From positions 103,630-167,629 of the forward strand of contig JBFWUN010000001.1 of the NCBI GenBank assembly GCA_050247235.1: a stretch of DNA of 64,000 nucleotides, in the 5' to 3' direction. Below the pieces are notes generated by a model. The model saw only the letters and a list, made by a program, of their open reading frames with translations. It ran no database searches and was not told where the DNA came from. Below, piece after piece: positions 53,009 through 63,309 of this stretch. A program made the position numbers and the translations under genes. This DNA comes from Gammaproteobacteria bacterium (GTDB lineage: Bacteria > Pseudomonadota > Gammaproteobacteria > Ga0077536). Every line of letters starts with the position of its first letter. Positions within the stretch are counted from its first letter, which is position 1.

Positions 53009-53641
53009 CTAGTCGATCAGGTCGTTCTTGATCGCGTAATACGTAAGGTCAGCATTGTTCGCCACCTTCATTTTCTCGAGTATCCGGGTCCGGTAAGTGC
53101 TGACCGTCTTCACGCTGAGGTTGAGTTGCGTGGCTATCGCGCTCACCGGCTCGCCCCGGGAGAGCATCATGAATACCTGGTGCTCCCGCTCGGAGAGTTC
53201 TTCGTGCAGGGGCTTCTCGCTTCCTCGGTCCAGCTCTGCGGCCAACAGCTCTGCGACGGCCGCACCAATGTACCGGCGTCCCTGTCGGACTGTACGGATC
53301 GCCTGCACGAGTTCCGTCGCCATGGCTTCCTTCTGCAGGTATCCGCTCGCCCCGTTCCGGATCAGCTGCACGGCATAGCGGTTCTCGGGATGCATGCTCA
53401 GGATGAGCACGGGAAGATTCGGCTGTTCTCTGCGGATCTGCTTCAGCAGATCGATTCCATCCCGATCAGGCATGGAGATATCGAGCAGTACCACGTCGAA
53501 TTGGCCGGTGCGCATCTGCTGTATCGCGGCTGCTGCAGTCGCTGCCTCGCCGGCCACGTGGATATCGTCGATTTCCGCGAAGAAATGCTGCAGTCCGGCT
53601 CTCACCACTGCGTGATCGTCTACCACGAGAATCCTGATCAT
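53009..53641 (-). CDS. NarL/UvrY-family response regulator
   Basis: VVDDHAVVR, LLDISMP, GYLQK; LuxR HTH LSERE...LSVKTVSTYR. Confidence 0.93.
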   Translation of the reverse strand: MIRILVVDDHAVVRAGLQHFFAEIDDIHVAGEAATAAAAIQQMRTGQFDVVLLDISMPDRDGIDLLKQIRREQPNLPVLILSMHPENRYAVQLIRNGASGYLQKEAMATELVQAIRTVRQGRRYIGAAVAELLAAELDRGSEKPLHEELSEREHQVFMMLSRGEPVSAIATQLNLSVKTVSTYRTRILEKMKVANNADLTYYAIKNDLID

Positions 53642-53735
53642 GTCCGGTGCCTCATCAGTTTCGCGGACAGGAGACTCCGATGCGCCCGTACGATTCCAGG
53701 GATGCGTCCACGTGAATGCGTCACGACCAGTGCAG

Positions 53736-54821
53736 TCACGCCGCGGAGCGCTGTTCAGTACGCGCGAAACGCTCGTAGTCGTTGAGACGATTGTAGAGCG
53801 TTTTCAGGCTTATCCCCAGCACGCGGGCCGCGTGCCGCTTGTTGCCGTCGCACCTCGACAGCGTGGCGAGAATCAGCTTTCTTTCCGTCTCCGCGATGGA
53901 GGTTCCCACGGGAATCATGAGTTGTTCGGTGCACGAAGCGGGATCGGTCGTCAGTGTCGTCGTGCAGACCTCGAGTTCGTGATCGGCCAGGATGAAAGCT
54001 CGGTGAATCGTGTTCTTCATCTCGCGGACATTGCCGGGCCATTGATGAGAATGAAGATACTCCCGGAATGCATCGGAGAAGGTCTTTTCCTGCGTGTACT
54101 CATCGTTCAGTTCCGCCAGGAACCGCTCCGCGAGCAGCTCGACATCACTGCCCCGCTCCCGCAATGGCGGGACCTGCAAGGGGAAGACCGCGAGACGGTA
54201 CAGGAGATCCGCACGCAGGATGCCTTCCGCGACCGCGCGTTCGGGATGCCGGTTGGTGGCGGCAACGATCCGGCAGCCCGCGTGCAGTTCCTGGTCTCCG
54301 CCGACCCTGAAAAAGTGCCCCGTCTCGAGCACGCGCAGAAGTTTCACCTGGAGTTCGAGCGACATCTCCGTCACTTCGTCCAGGAAGAGCGTGCCATCGG
54401 CGGCCCGTTCGAACACGCCCTTGTGTCCCCGCACTGCGCCGGTAAAGCTCCCTTTCTCGTGCCCGAACAGCTCGGCTTCAATGAGGTTCTGCGGGATCGC
54501 GCCGCAGTTGATTCCGATGAACGGTTTGCCGGCGCGGTCCGAGCGTGCATGCACGTGCTGCGCGACGACTTCCTTGCCCACGCCGCTTTCACCGACGATC
54601 AGGACGTTCGCGCGCGTCGGCGCAACGCGATCGAGCATTTCGAAGAGCTTCGCCATCGGCGCGGAGTCGCCCCACAGCGGTGGCAGCGCCGCGCGCGGGC
54701 TTGGACCGGGTTCCGCGGCGTTCACTGGCGCGCGAAGCCCAGCGCGAAAAGCCTCGACGGTCGTGTCGTCCAGCATCGGTCGGTCGTCGGCGTCGTTGCG
54801 CAAGTGCTCTGCATCCATCAT
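53736..54821 (-). CDS. Sigma-54 enhancer-binding protein (AAA+ and Fis HTH) with no recognisable N-terminal regulatory domain
   Basis: GESGVGKE, ELFGHEKGSFTGA, LFLDEV, WPGNVRE, GNKRHAARVLGISLKTLYNRL; start uncertain. Confidence 0.9.
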   Translation of the reverse strand: MMDAEHLRNDADDRPMLDDTTVEAFRAGLRAPVNAAEPGPSPRAALPPLWGDSAPMAKLFEMLDRVAPTRANVLIVGESGVGKEVVAQHVHARSDRAGKPFIGINCGAIPQNLIEAELFGHEKGSFTGAVRGHKGVFERAADGTLFLDEVTEMSLELQVKLLRVLETGHFFRVGGDQELHAGCRIVAATNRHPERAVAEGILRADLLYRLAVFPLQVPPLRERGSDVELLAERFLAELNDEYTQEKTFSDAFREYLHSHQWPGNVREMKNTIHRAFILADHELEVCTTTLTTDPASCTEQLMIPVGTSIAETERKLILATLSRCDGNKRHAARVLGISLKTLYNRLNDYERFARTEQRSAA

Positions 54822-55085
54822 GGCTCTCACTCCCTGTCGAAGGTTGGCTGAGTGCGGTGCGACGCCAGTGTCCGGTTCCGGGGTTCCGGCCGGCATCGGC
54901 GAGCCGCCCGCATTGGCGCAGGACATCGATGACATGTTGTAGGAGCAACCCCTACAAGGCATCGTCGTGTGGCTGTGCGAGGGCGCCGGCAAGGGTTCTC
55001 CAATTTTTACCCGGGGCTCTGTAGAACTTGCGCATCCTCACCGCGGGGATGCGCGCAAGTACCTGATTCGACGACAGCGACAACT

Positions 55086-55100
55086 TGGTCCGCCGCTTGC
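55086..55100 (+). promoter_or_regulatory. Sigma-54 promoter for the csbD-like operon
   Basis: TGGTCCGCCGCTTGC, GG-N10-GC. Confidence 0.65.
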
Positions 55101-55155
55101 AGCTGATTGCTCGTCACGCTGCACGTCGCAGCTTAGTAGCCGAAAGGAGCAGCCC

Positions 55156-55362
55156 ATGAACTGGGATATCGCCAAGGGCAACTGGATCGAGTTCAAAGGC
55201 AGGGTGCGGGAGCAGTGGGGTCGGCTGACGGACGATGATCTCGATGTCGTCGCCGGTCATCGCCAGCAGCTCGCCGGCCGGATTCAGCAGGTTTACGGCC
55301 TCACGCGCGAAGAAGCGGAGCGCCAGCTCGAAGTGTTCGAGAAGATTCACCGCTTCGACTGA
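55156..55362 (+). CDS. CsbD/YjbJ family stress protein
   Basis: MNWD..KGNW..FKG.VREQWG.LTDDDL...L.G.IQ..YG; AAGGAG RBS. Confidence 0.92.
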   Translation: MNWDIAKGNWIEFKGRVREQWGRLTDDDLDVVAGHRQQLAGRIQQVYGLTREEAERQLEVFEKIHRFD

Positions 55363-55393
55363 GCGGATCCGCATTCAACGAGGAGAACACCCC

Positions 55394-55798
55394 ATGATCA
55401 GCAAGCATGTCTATATCGCTGCCGCGGTCGGAGCCGCGCTCACCGGCGCCTTTTCCGTGGTCAACGCGGAAAGCCTCGTGTCCCAGGCAACCATACGCGA
55501 GGCGCTCGCGGTCGAGAACCTGCGACTGGAAGACGGCGTGGTGACCGGCCGCCTCGTCAACCGATCCGCAGGGAAGATCGACAATGTCGAACTCCTGGTC
55601 ACGTTCAACTGGCTGTGGCGCGACGAGTTCAACCCGGGAAATGGCGGTCCCGGACAGACCACCTCCGTGGTGCTCACGGAGCCACTCGCGCCGGGCGCGG
55701 CGGAAGACTTCCGCGTGGAATCCGCCGCGCCGCTGCCGATGCGGAGTGACGGCTATTTCACGCCGCGCGTGGCGGTGGTCGGATTCACGCAGTACTGA
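55394..55798 (+). CDS. Secreted hypothetical protein (FxLYD-like beta domain possible)
   Basis: GAGGAG RBS, signal peptide, VTGRLVNRS...LAPG...F. Confidence 0.6.
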   Translation: MISKHVYIAAAVGAALTGAFSVVNAESLVSQATIREALAVENLRLEDGVVTGRLVNRSAGKIDNVELLVTFNWLWRDEFNPGNGGPGQTTSVVLTEPLAPGAAEDFRVESAAPLPMRSDGYFTPRVAVVGFTQY

Positions 55799-55827
55799 CA
55801 GTCGTGGCACGAAGGAAAGGAACGCGC

Positions 55828-56079
55828 ATGAAAGTTCAATTGAGTACTCTTGCACTGATGGTGTCTCTCGCCGGTTGCGGCACGGCGCCGGAAGAACGCG
55901 CGCTCAGCGGCGCGGGCATCGGCGCCGGCGCAGGGGCTGCGCTGGGCGCCGTCACGGGCATGTCGGTGGCCACGGGCGCGATTGTCGGTGCCGCGGCAGG
56001 TGCGGCCACTGGCGCACTGACCGATGATCGGCAGGTGAACCTGGGTGATCCTGCCTGGAAGAAGAAGAAGCAAAGATGA
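55828..56079 (+). CDS. Glycine-zipper lipoprotein
   Basis: Lipobox LAGC; GAGIGAGAGA...GAIVGAAAGAATG; VNLGDP.W. Confidence 0.82.
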   Translation: MKVQLSTLALMVSLAGCGTAPEERALSGAGIGAGAGAALGAVTGMSVATGAIVGAAAGAATGALTDDRQVNLGDPAWKKKKQR

Positions 56080-56329
56080 GCGCCGCACGCTGCGCACGGC
56101 GGCGGATCGCCGTCGTGCGCAGTGCGCGCATTGTTGTCGACCTCGCTTGCTGCGCTGCGACCTGTTGCGCTTTGCCCTGGGCCCGCTCTATGGTGCTTCC
56201 GCTTCCCCATCCCGCGGACACACCATGCCTTGCGTACCCGCCCGACCAATCCGCCCTTCCGTCCCGTGTTCGTGTGGCACTGCCCGGCTGAGCGTCGATC
56301 CGGCGCAGAATTCCTGAGAGGCGACGGTC

Positions 56330-57541
56330 ATGGATAAGGCTGCCTTTTACGCGGATGCACGCCACGATCTCCCGGGCCCTCTCGCAGGGGTGACGGTCCT
56401 GGAGGCGACCACCACGTGGGCCGGCCCGATGGCAGGTTGCGTGCTCGCCGATCTCGGTGCGTCGGTCGTGAAAATCGAACATCCCGATGGCGAAATCATG
56501 CGACGTGTGCCCCCGTTCGTGCCGGACACCCGGCTGTCCGTCATGCACGAAGTGGTCAACCGCAACAAGCGGAACATCTCCCTCAGCCTCAAGGATCCGG
56601 AGGGGCGCGATGTCTTCCTCGCGCTCTGTGCGACCGCCGACATCGTGATCGAGAATTTCAAACCCGGCACGCTCGCCGACTGGGGCTGCGGGTATGCGGA
56701 CGTCAAGGCGGTCAAGCCGGACGTGATCTACGTGTCCATCAGCGGTTTCGGCCAGTTCGGCCCGTACTGCGACCGGCCGGGCTACGATCCGATCGCGCAG
56801 AATTTCACGGGCTGGTCGTCACTGAACGGCGAGCCCGGTGGCGCGCCGGTGAAGGCGCCGACATTCCTCGGCGACGATCTCGGCGGCCTGCACGGCGCGC
56901 TCGGGGCACTCGCCGCACTTACTCATCGCAACCTCACCGGCGAGGGTCAGCACGTGGATGTCGCGCTTGTCGACGGGCTGGTGTTCCAGAGCAACGGGCA
57001 CCTGACGATCGGCGCGCTCGGTTTGCCGCAGGAGCGCTGGGGCAACCAGTTCGCGCTCGCCGCGCCGGTCAATTCCTATGTCTGCACGGACGGCCGCGTG
57101 TACACAGGCGTGCTGCTCGACTCCCACTGGCGCGCGTTCTGCCGGCATATCGGCCGCGCGGATCTCGCCGACCTGGACGGACTTGCGCGCATCCGCCGGC
57201 GTGACGAACTCGATCATCTCCTCGCGCAGTGGTGTGTATCCCGCTCGACGCAGGATGTGGTCGACACGATGAACATGCTCGGGCTCGCGGTCACGCGCGT
57301 GAACTCGTTCGCCGAAGCGGCACGGGATCCGCACCTGCAGGCCCGGGACATGCTGCAGCCTACGCCCCTCGGCAACGGCGGCACGATCCCGCTGACGGGA
57401 CCGGCCGCCAAGTTCTCGCGCACGCCCACCCGCGTGCGCAGCGCCGCGCCGGCGCTCGGCGAACATACCGATGCGCTGCTGGCGCAGCTCGGCTACTCCC
57501 CCGCGCAGATCGCCGATCTGCGTGACCGACACATCATCTGA
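56330..57541 (+). CDS. CaiB/BaiF family III CoA-transferase
   Basis: PLAGVTVLE, AGP, LADLGA, NRNKR, ENFKPG, SISGFGQ.GP, AP.LGEHT. Confidence 0.93.
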   Translation: MDKAAFYADARHDLPGPLAGVTVLEATTTWAGPMAGCVLADLGASVVKIEHPDGEIMRRVPPFVPDTRLSVMHEVVNRNKRNISLSLKDPEGRDVFLALCATADIVIENFKPGTLADWGCGYADVKAVKPDVIYVSISGFGQFGPYCDRPGYDPIAQNFTGWSSLNGEPGGAPVKAPTFLGDDLGGLHGALGALAALTHRNLTGEGQHVDVALVDGLVFQSNGHLTIGALGLPQERWGNQFALAAPVNSYVCTDGRVYTGVLLDSHWRAFCRHIGRADLADLDGLARIRRRDELDHLLAQWCVSRSTQDVVDTMNMLGLAVTRVNSFAEAARDPHLQARDMLQPTPLGNGGTIPLTGPAAKFSRTPTRVRSAAPALGEHTDALLAQLGYSPAQIADLRDRHII

Positions 57542-57560
57542 TTCCACAGGAGGAACGCCC

Positions 57561-57995
57561 ATGAACTCGACCCCCGCACATCACGGCAGCTGCTTTTGCG
57601 GCGCGGTGAAACTCACTGTCTCCGGTGCACCCGCCGGGATGGGCTATTGCCATTGCGGCGACTGCCGTCACTGGTCAGCCGGCCCGATCAACGCGTTCTC
57701 GCTGTGGCCGCCGGCCGCAGTGCAGGTGACGGCCGGCGCGGAACACATCGAGACCTACCACAAGACCGAGAACAGCTACCGCAAGTGGTGCAGGAAGTGC
57801 GGCGGGCACCTGTTCAGCGAACATCCGGGCATGGGACTGACGGACGTCTACGCGGCCATCCTGCCGAGCCTGCCGTTCCAGCCCGGGCTGCACGTGTTCT
57901 ACGGCGAGGCGATGGTGCACGTGAAGGACGGGTTGCCGAAGTTCAAGGATCTGCCGGCGGATTTCGGCGGCTCGGGAGACACGCTGCCGGAGTAG
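57561..57995 (+). CDS. GFA family Zn-binding protein
   Basis: GSCFCGAV, CHCGDCR, CRKCG. Confidence 0.9.
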   Translation: MNSTPAHHGSCFCGAVKLTVSGAPAGMGYCHCGDCRHWSAGPINAFSLWPPAAVQVTAGAEHIETYHKTENSYRKWCRKCGGHLFSEHPGMGLTDVYAAILPSLPFQPGLHVFYGEAMVHVKDGLPKFKDLPADFGGSGDTLPE

Positions 57996-58110
57996 CACCG
58001 GCCGCGATTAAAAGACGGTACATCCGTGTACCGCCGGAATCCCCGCCTTCCACAGGGATTCCACCAACCGGGGGCCGGCGCCGCGCGCCGGCCCTGCTTG
58101 CCGAGGAACC

Positions 58111-59190
58111 CTACGCCGCGACCCTGGTGGCCGACAGCTTGCGCACGGCCGGCAGGATATCGGTGCCGAGCAGTTCCATCGCCTGCAGCACTTTCGCGTT
58201 CTCCAGGCCGCCGATGCGCGTCCAGCACAGCAGTTCGTCGAAGCCGAACTCGCGGCCGAGCCGGGTGAGCTTCTCCACGCAGTGCTCGGGCTCACCGCAG
58301 ACAATCGACGTGCTGTCCACGATGTCCTTGAACTCCACGGTGGACGCCAGGTCACGGGAGCGGCCGTAGCCTTCGTAACCCGAGATGTCCGCCTGGCCGC
58401 TCGGTGGCGCCACGTACTTTGCAATGGTCCGGTAGTACCAGGTCACCCGGGGCCCGAACGTATTGCGGGCCTCCTCGCGGGTCTTGCCGGGGTACACCAT
58501 CACGAGGCACGAGACCTTGCCGGCGTCCGGGTCGAAGCCGTTCTCGCGGCGCGCCTTGCGGTACGCGGCGAGGCCGTCGCGCGCCATTTCGGCAGTGAGC
58601 CCGAACACCGTGGACATCAGGATGTTGTAGCCGTACTTGCCGGCGGTCGCGAACGTGTCGGGCGACAGGCACGCCATGTAGACCGGTGGGGTGGGCTTCT
58701 GCAGCGGTTTCGGCCGCACGCAGATGTCGTCGAAGTGGTAGAAATTGCCGTGGTAACTGAACCGCTCTTCGGTCCAGCACTTGTGGATCACTTCCATGCC
58801 TTCACGGAAAATCTCGCGCGAGCGTGTCTGGTCGAGTCCGAACCCCTTGTATTCCATCGGCTGGTAGCCGCGCCCGACGCCGAGTTCGACTCTTCCGTCG
58901 CTCATCAGGTCGATGAACGCGAAGTCCTCGGCGACGCGGACCGGGTGATGAAACGGCAGGATCACAACCCCCGTCCCGAGCCGGATCTTCGACGTGCGCG
59001 CTGCCACGGCCGCAAGCGAGACCTGTGGAGACGCACAGTAACCGTATTCCGAAAAGTGATGCTCGGCCGGCATCACCGTGTCGTACCCCAGGCGCTCCGC
59101 CTCGATCATGAGCTCCATCTGGTTCTTCACGACCTGGTGCTCGGTATAGCCGACGGGATTCTCGAACAAGTGCAACATTCCCAGTTTCAT
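58111..59190 (-). CDS. Luciferase-like flavin-dependent monooxygenase
   Basis: AEHHFS.YG, HPVRVAED, GRVELGVGRGY, PKPLQKP.PP. Confidence 0.9.
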   Translation of the reverse strand: MKLGMLHLFENPVGYTEHQVVKNQMELMIEAERLGYDTVMPAEHHFSEYGYCASPQVSLAAVAARTSKIRLGTGVVILPFHHPVRVAEDFAFIDLMSDGRVELGVGRGYQPMEYKGFGLDQTRSREIFREGMEVIHKCWTEERFSYHGNFYHFDDICVRPKPLQKPTPPVYMACLSPDTFATAGKYGYNILMSTVFGLTAEMARDGLAAYRKARRENGFDPDAGKVSCLVMVYPGKTREEARNTFGPRVTWYYRTIAKYVAPPSGQADISGYEGYGRSRDLASTVEFKDIVDSTSIVCGEPEHCVEKLTRLGREFGFDELLCWTRIGGLENAKVLQAMELLGTDILPAVRKLSATRVAA

Positions 59191-59553
59191 AGTGACCTCC
59201 GATCGTTATGTCTCCGCGCCGGTGCGCGAGCCGCCTCGTGATGCAATCGAACGTCGAGGCTGGGTCGATTGTGCGAACCGTCACCGCCCGCGGATGTTGA
59301 TGTGGATCAAGCGGAGAGCTTCACGGAAGATCGGCGTGACGCCGTTCGCGCGAGACGTGTAGGACGACAAGAGAATCTTCATGCGGATGACGGGATTCCA
59401 CGCCCGTTCGTCCGGTATCCTTCCGGACTCTCGAGCACCACACCGCATGCCAACCTTTCCCACCGCCCGTGCCGACACCCGTGCCGACGTCTCGTCGCGC
59501 CGCGTGATCAGTTGTCCGTGCGACGGCACGCGGGTCGGGCCAACGGGGTCCGC

Positions 59554-61086
59554 ATGCTGACCCGACGTCGTTTCCTCGTGACGGGAATCGGCCTCGTGGC
59601 CCTCCACGCGTCCTCCCGCGCCCGTGCGGCACCGCGCTTCGAGGCGGATCCGTTCGCCCTCGGCGTGGCCTCGGGTTACCCCACACCGCACGGCGTCACC
59701 CTGTGGACCCGGCTCGCGCCGCACCCGCTGGCGCCGGCGGGCGGCATGCCGGCGACCGACGTCGACGTGCACTGGGAGGTCGCACGCGATGACCGGTTTC
59801 GTGAAGTCGTGCGACGCGGCACCGCGCGCGCCGAGCCGACATGGGGACACTCGGTGCACGTGGACGTCACCGGCCTGGCGCCGGACCGCGCGTACTGCTA
59901 CCGGTTCCGCGCCGGCAACGCGCTCAGCACGGTCGGGCGCACCCGCACCGCGCCTGCGGTCGCGTCGAGCCCGCGGCTGCTCCGTCTTGCGCTCTGTTCG
60001 TGCCAGCACTACGAGCACGGACACTACGCCGCCTACCGCCAGCTGGTCAGCGACGATCCGGATCTCGTGGTGCACGTCGGTGACTACATCTACGAGGGCA
60101 GCTACGGACCGGACAAGGTCCGCCAGCACGCGGGTCCCGATCCGCGCACGCTGGAGGAGTACCGCACGCGCTATGCGTGCTACCGGCTCGACCCCGCGCT
60201 GCAGCGCGCGCACGCGGCGTGTCCGTGGGTCGCGGTGTGGGACGACCACGAGGTCGAGAACGACTACGCGCGCGACCGTTCGGAGTACGACGCCGATACC
60301 GAGCGCTTCCTGGCGCGCCGCGTGGCGGGCTACCGCGCGTATTACGAGCACCTGCCGCTGCCCGCGCGCATGCGCCCCGGCGCGGACGGCATGCGTATCT
60401 ACACCGCGCTCGACTGGGGGCGCCTGGCGCGCATTGCGCTGCTCGATACCCGCCAGTACCGCGGCTATGCACCGTGCTGGCAGGCCACCCATGACGAATT
60501 CGGGCGCGCCTGCGGCGTGCGGGAGGATCCTGCCGCCACCCTGCTCGGGGCGGCCCAGGAGACGTGGCTCGACGACGCGCTGCGCGCGTCGCACGCGCGC
60601 TGGAACATCATCGCCCAGCAGGTGCTGATGGCGCGCAGCGACCTGTTCGCCGGACCGCGCGAGCAGCTGCCGCGCCAGAGCTGGGATGGGTACCCGGCGG
60701 CACGACTGCGCCTGTTCGATGCCCTCGCTCGTCACGCGGTGCCGAACCCCGTGGTGCTCAGCGGCGACGTGCACAGCTACTGGATCAACGATCTCCGCCG
60801 CGACTTCCTGCGCCCGGAAACATCGCCGGTGGCGGCCGAGATCGTCACCACGTCCATCAGCTCACGCGGCATGGACGAGGATTACATCCGCGAGGTGCGG
60901 CGCGACTCGCCGCACGTGAAGTTCGCCACCGGCCGCTTCCGGGGGTACACACGGATCGATGTCACCCCCGCGCGCGCCACGGCCGACCTGCGGGCCGTGG
61001 TGCGTGTACAGGATCCGACATCGCTCGGCTTCACCTTGTCGAGTTGGGTCGTGGAAGCCGGCCGTCCGGGGATCCAGCGTGCCTGA
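59554..61086 (+). CDS. phoD: Tat-exported PhoD-family alkaline phosphatase
   Basis: TRRRFL Tat motif; FALGVASG, HVGDYIYE, WDDHEV.ND, LDTRQYR, WDGY, SGDVH. Confidence 0.92.
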   Translation: MLTRRRFLVTGIGLVALHASSRARAAPRFEADPFALGVASGYPTPHGVTLWTRLAPHPLAPAGGMPATDVDVHWEVARDDRFREVVRRGTARAEPTWGHSVHVDVTGLAPDRAYCYRFRAGNALSTVGRTRTAPAVASSPRLLRLALCSCQHYEHGHYAAYRQLVSDDPDLVVHVGDYIYEGSYGPDKVRQHAGPDPRTLEEYRTRYACYRLDPALQRAHAACPWVAVWDDHEVENDYARDRSEYDADTERFLARRVAGYRAYYEHLPLPARMRPGADGMRIYTALDWGRLARIALLDTRQYRGYAPCWQATHDEFGRACGVREDPAATLLGAAQETWLDDALRASHARWNIIAQQVLMARSDLFAGPREQLPRQSWDGYPAARLRLFDALARHAVPNPVVLSGDVHSYWINDLRRDFLRPETSPVAAEIVTTSISSRGMDEDYIREVRRDSPHVKFATGRFRGYTRIDVTPARATADLRAVVRVQDPTSLGFTLSSWVVEAGRPGIQRA

Positions 61087-61202
61087 GCGCGTGACGCATT
61101 AGCGGATCTTTCCCGTGGGAGATTGAACCGTTGAGGACCCTTCGCTGATTCATCGGCGTTCGCACGTCGCGAACCGAATCACAACGAATGAGGGAAGGGT
61201 TC

Positions 61203-62243
61203 ATGACACTGGATATCACCCGCCGACCCGCTGCGCTGGCGCTCGCGCTGGCCGGCCTCGCCGGCCCTGCTTCCGCCGAGCTCGTGTACGGCACGCTCAG
61301 CAACTTCGACGTCTACAACGATACCGGGGGCCACACCTACGGGTTCGAGATCGAGTTCGACGACCTGCTCGTGGACCACATCTCGTTTTCGTTTCCGAGT
61401 CTGCATTACGGATCGGGCAGCCGCGTCCAGCGGGGCACCACCGCCGTGCTCCGCTACGCGGCCACGTTCAACGCATCCTCGAATTCCTGGTCGAGCTTCA
61501 CCGATGTGCACCCACCCGGCGGTCCGGTCGCGACCACCGGGCACGCGTGCGTGATCGCGCAGGGCTGCGAACACTTCGGTGCGGGCATCTACGGCTCGCC
61601 GTCGGCGATCCGCTATCACTGGCTGATCGAGGATTCCGCCAGTCCCGGCACCCTGACCAACGGACCCGCGGTGAGCCTGATGGCACCGATTTATACCGTG
61701 GTCCCCCCCGCGAACGTGGGCGGCAGGGTGGACTTCCGTGCCGAGTTCGAGGCGCCGGAATTCGAGGACGATCCCGAATTCGAAGTGGAGAAGCAGTACC
61801 CGGATGCGGTGTGGGCGCGCATCACCAAGGTCGAACTGCCGGACACGGTCTCGCTGGAAGCGCTGATGTCGGACAACGTGGACCTGTTCGACAACCCGGC
61901 GCTCCCCTTCGAACAGGAAGTGGAATGGGACCTCGTCGAGAAGGGCGCGAACCCGTTCGACCTCAACGACCGGCCCGACGAGGACGTCAAGCAGATCGTC
62001 CGGCGTATCGAGACCTACCGGTTCATCGGCGCGGTCACCGACGAGAACGAGCCCGATTGCCACAACATCAACTGCGACAACCCGATCGAAGGGGTGACGC
62101 TCGGACCGCTGATCGGCGCCAACATGGTCGGCTTCAACCTGGAGCCCATCGAGTTCGTGCCGAACCCGGTACCGGTACCGGGCGCGGTGTGGCTGCTGGG
62201 GTCGGCCCTCGCGGGTCTCGGGGTGGTGACACGCCGGCGCTGA
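61203..62243 (+). CDS. Acidic secreted protein with VPxP-CTERM (PEP-CTERM-like) sorting signal
   Basis: Signal peptide ...AGPASA; C-terminus PVPVPGAVWLLGSALAGLGVVTRRR. Confidence 0.82.
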   Translation: MTLDITRRPAALALALAGLAGPASAELVYGTLSNFDVYNDTGGHTYGFEIEFDDLLVDHISFSFPSLHYGSGSRVQRGTTAVLRYAATFNASSNSWSSFTDVHPPGGPVATTGHACVIAQGCEHFGAGIYGSPSAIRYHWLIEDSASPGTLTNGPAVSLMAPIYTVVPPANVGGRVDFRAEFEAPEFEDDPEFEVEKQYPDAVWARITKVELPDTVSLEALMSDNVDLFDNPALPFEQEVEWDLVEKGANPFDLNDRPDEDVKQIVRRIETYRFIGAVTDENEPDCHNINCDNPIEGVTLGPLIGANMVGFNLEPIEFVPNPVPVPGAVWLLGSALAGLGVVTRRR

Positions 62244-62337
62244 TACCGCCGACACACCACCCGACCGTCGCGCCATCCCGCGGCGGTCGTCCCTTCCGCG
62301 CTTGTGCCGCCCGCGCCCGCGTGCGACGCTCGTCCGG

Positions 62338-63231
62338 ATGACTTCCACCCGCCTGCCTCCGCGCGCGCTCGCGCTGCTCGTCCTGCTGACCCTCGTGTGG
62401 GGCACCAACTGGCCGCTGTTCCCGGTAGCGATGCGCGAGATATCGGTCTGGACTTTCCGCGCGATCACGCTCGCGTCCGGCGGCGTGCTGCTGCTCGCGT
62501 TCGCCCGTGCGCGCGGTCACGTCCTCGCAGTGCCGCGCGCGGACTGGCCGGTGCTCGTGATTTCATCGTGGGTGTATCTCATGGTGTGGAACCTGGCGTC
62601 CGGCTACTCGGCGATCACGATCCCGTCGGGGCAGACGGCGGTGGTGGGTTTCACGATGCCATTGTGGTCCGCGCTCATCTCGTGGGCGGTGCTCGGCGAG
62701 CGGCTGTCCGGCCGGCTGGTGCTGGCGATGTCGGCGGGAGGCGCCGCGGTGCTGCTGCTGATGATCCCGGGATTCGGTGCGTACGCTGATGCCCCGTCGG
62801 GCTTCGCGGCGGCGCTGGTCGGCGCGCTCGGGTGGGCGATTGGCACCCTGCTGTTCAAGCGACGGCGGATCGCCGCCAGCGCGACCGTCGTGACCGCCTG
62901 GCAGATCCTGCTCGCCGCCGTGCCGATCTCACTGGGTGCGCTGCTGCTGGGCGATCACGCGTGGTTCGTACCGTCGTGGCAGTCGCTGGCGGCAATCGCG
63001 TACATCACGTTGATCCCGCTGTGTCTCGGCAACGTCTGCTGGTTCGTGCTGGTCGACCTGCTGCCGGCGAACGTCGCGGGGTTGTCGTCGGTGATGATCC
63101 CGGTGGTCGCGATGATCTCAGGCGCCGTCGTGCACGATGAGCCGCTCGGCGCGCTGCAGTGGCTGGCGATGGCCTGCTCGGCATCTGCGCTGTGGCTCGC
63201 GATGCCGCGTGCCGCGGCGCGACGCGCGTGA
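62338..63231 (+). CDS. EamA/DMT family transporter
   Basis: LVWGTNWP, TMPLW..L....LGERL, ~10 TM segments, P.VA.......EPL. Confidence 0.9.
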   Translation: MTSTRLPPRALALLVLLTLVWGTNWPLFPVAMREISVWTFRAITLASGGVLLLAFARARGHVLAVPRADWPVLVISSWVYLMVWNLASGYSAITIPSGQTAVVGFTMPLWSALISWAVLGERLSGRLVLAMSAGGAAVLLLMIPGFGAYADAPSGFAAALVGALGWAIGTLLFKRRRIAASATVVTAWQILLAAVPISLGALLLGDHAWFVPSWQSLAAIAYITLIPLCLGNVCWFVLVDLLPANVAGLSSVMIPVVAMISGAVVHDEPLGALQWLAMACSASALWLAMPRAAARRA

Positions 63232-63309
63232 CGGACCGCATGCGCTCGTAGCGGATCGCGGGAAACTGGTCAGGTTCGGGGATCGTCGGCGGCCGCAATC
63301 AGCAAGGCG

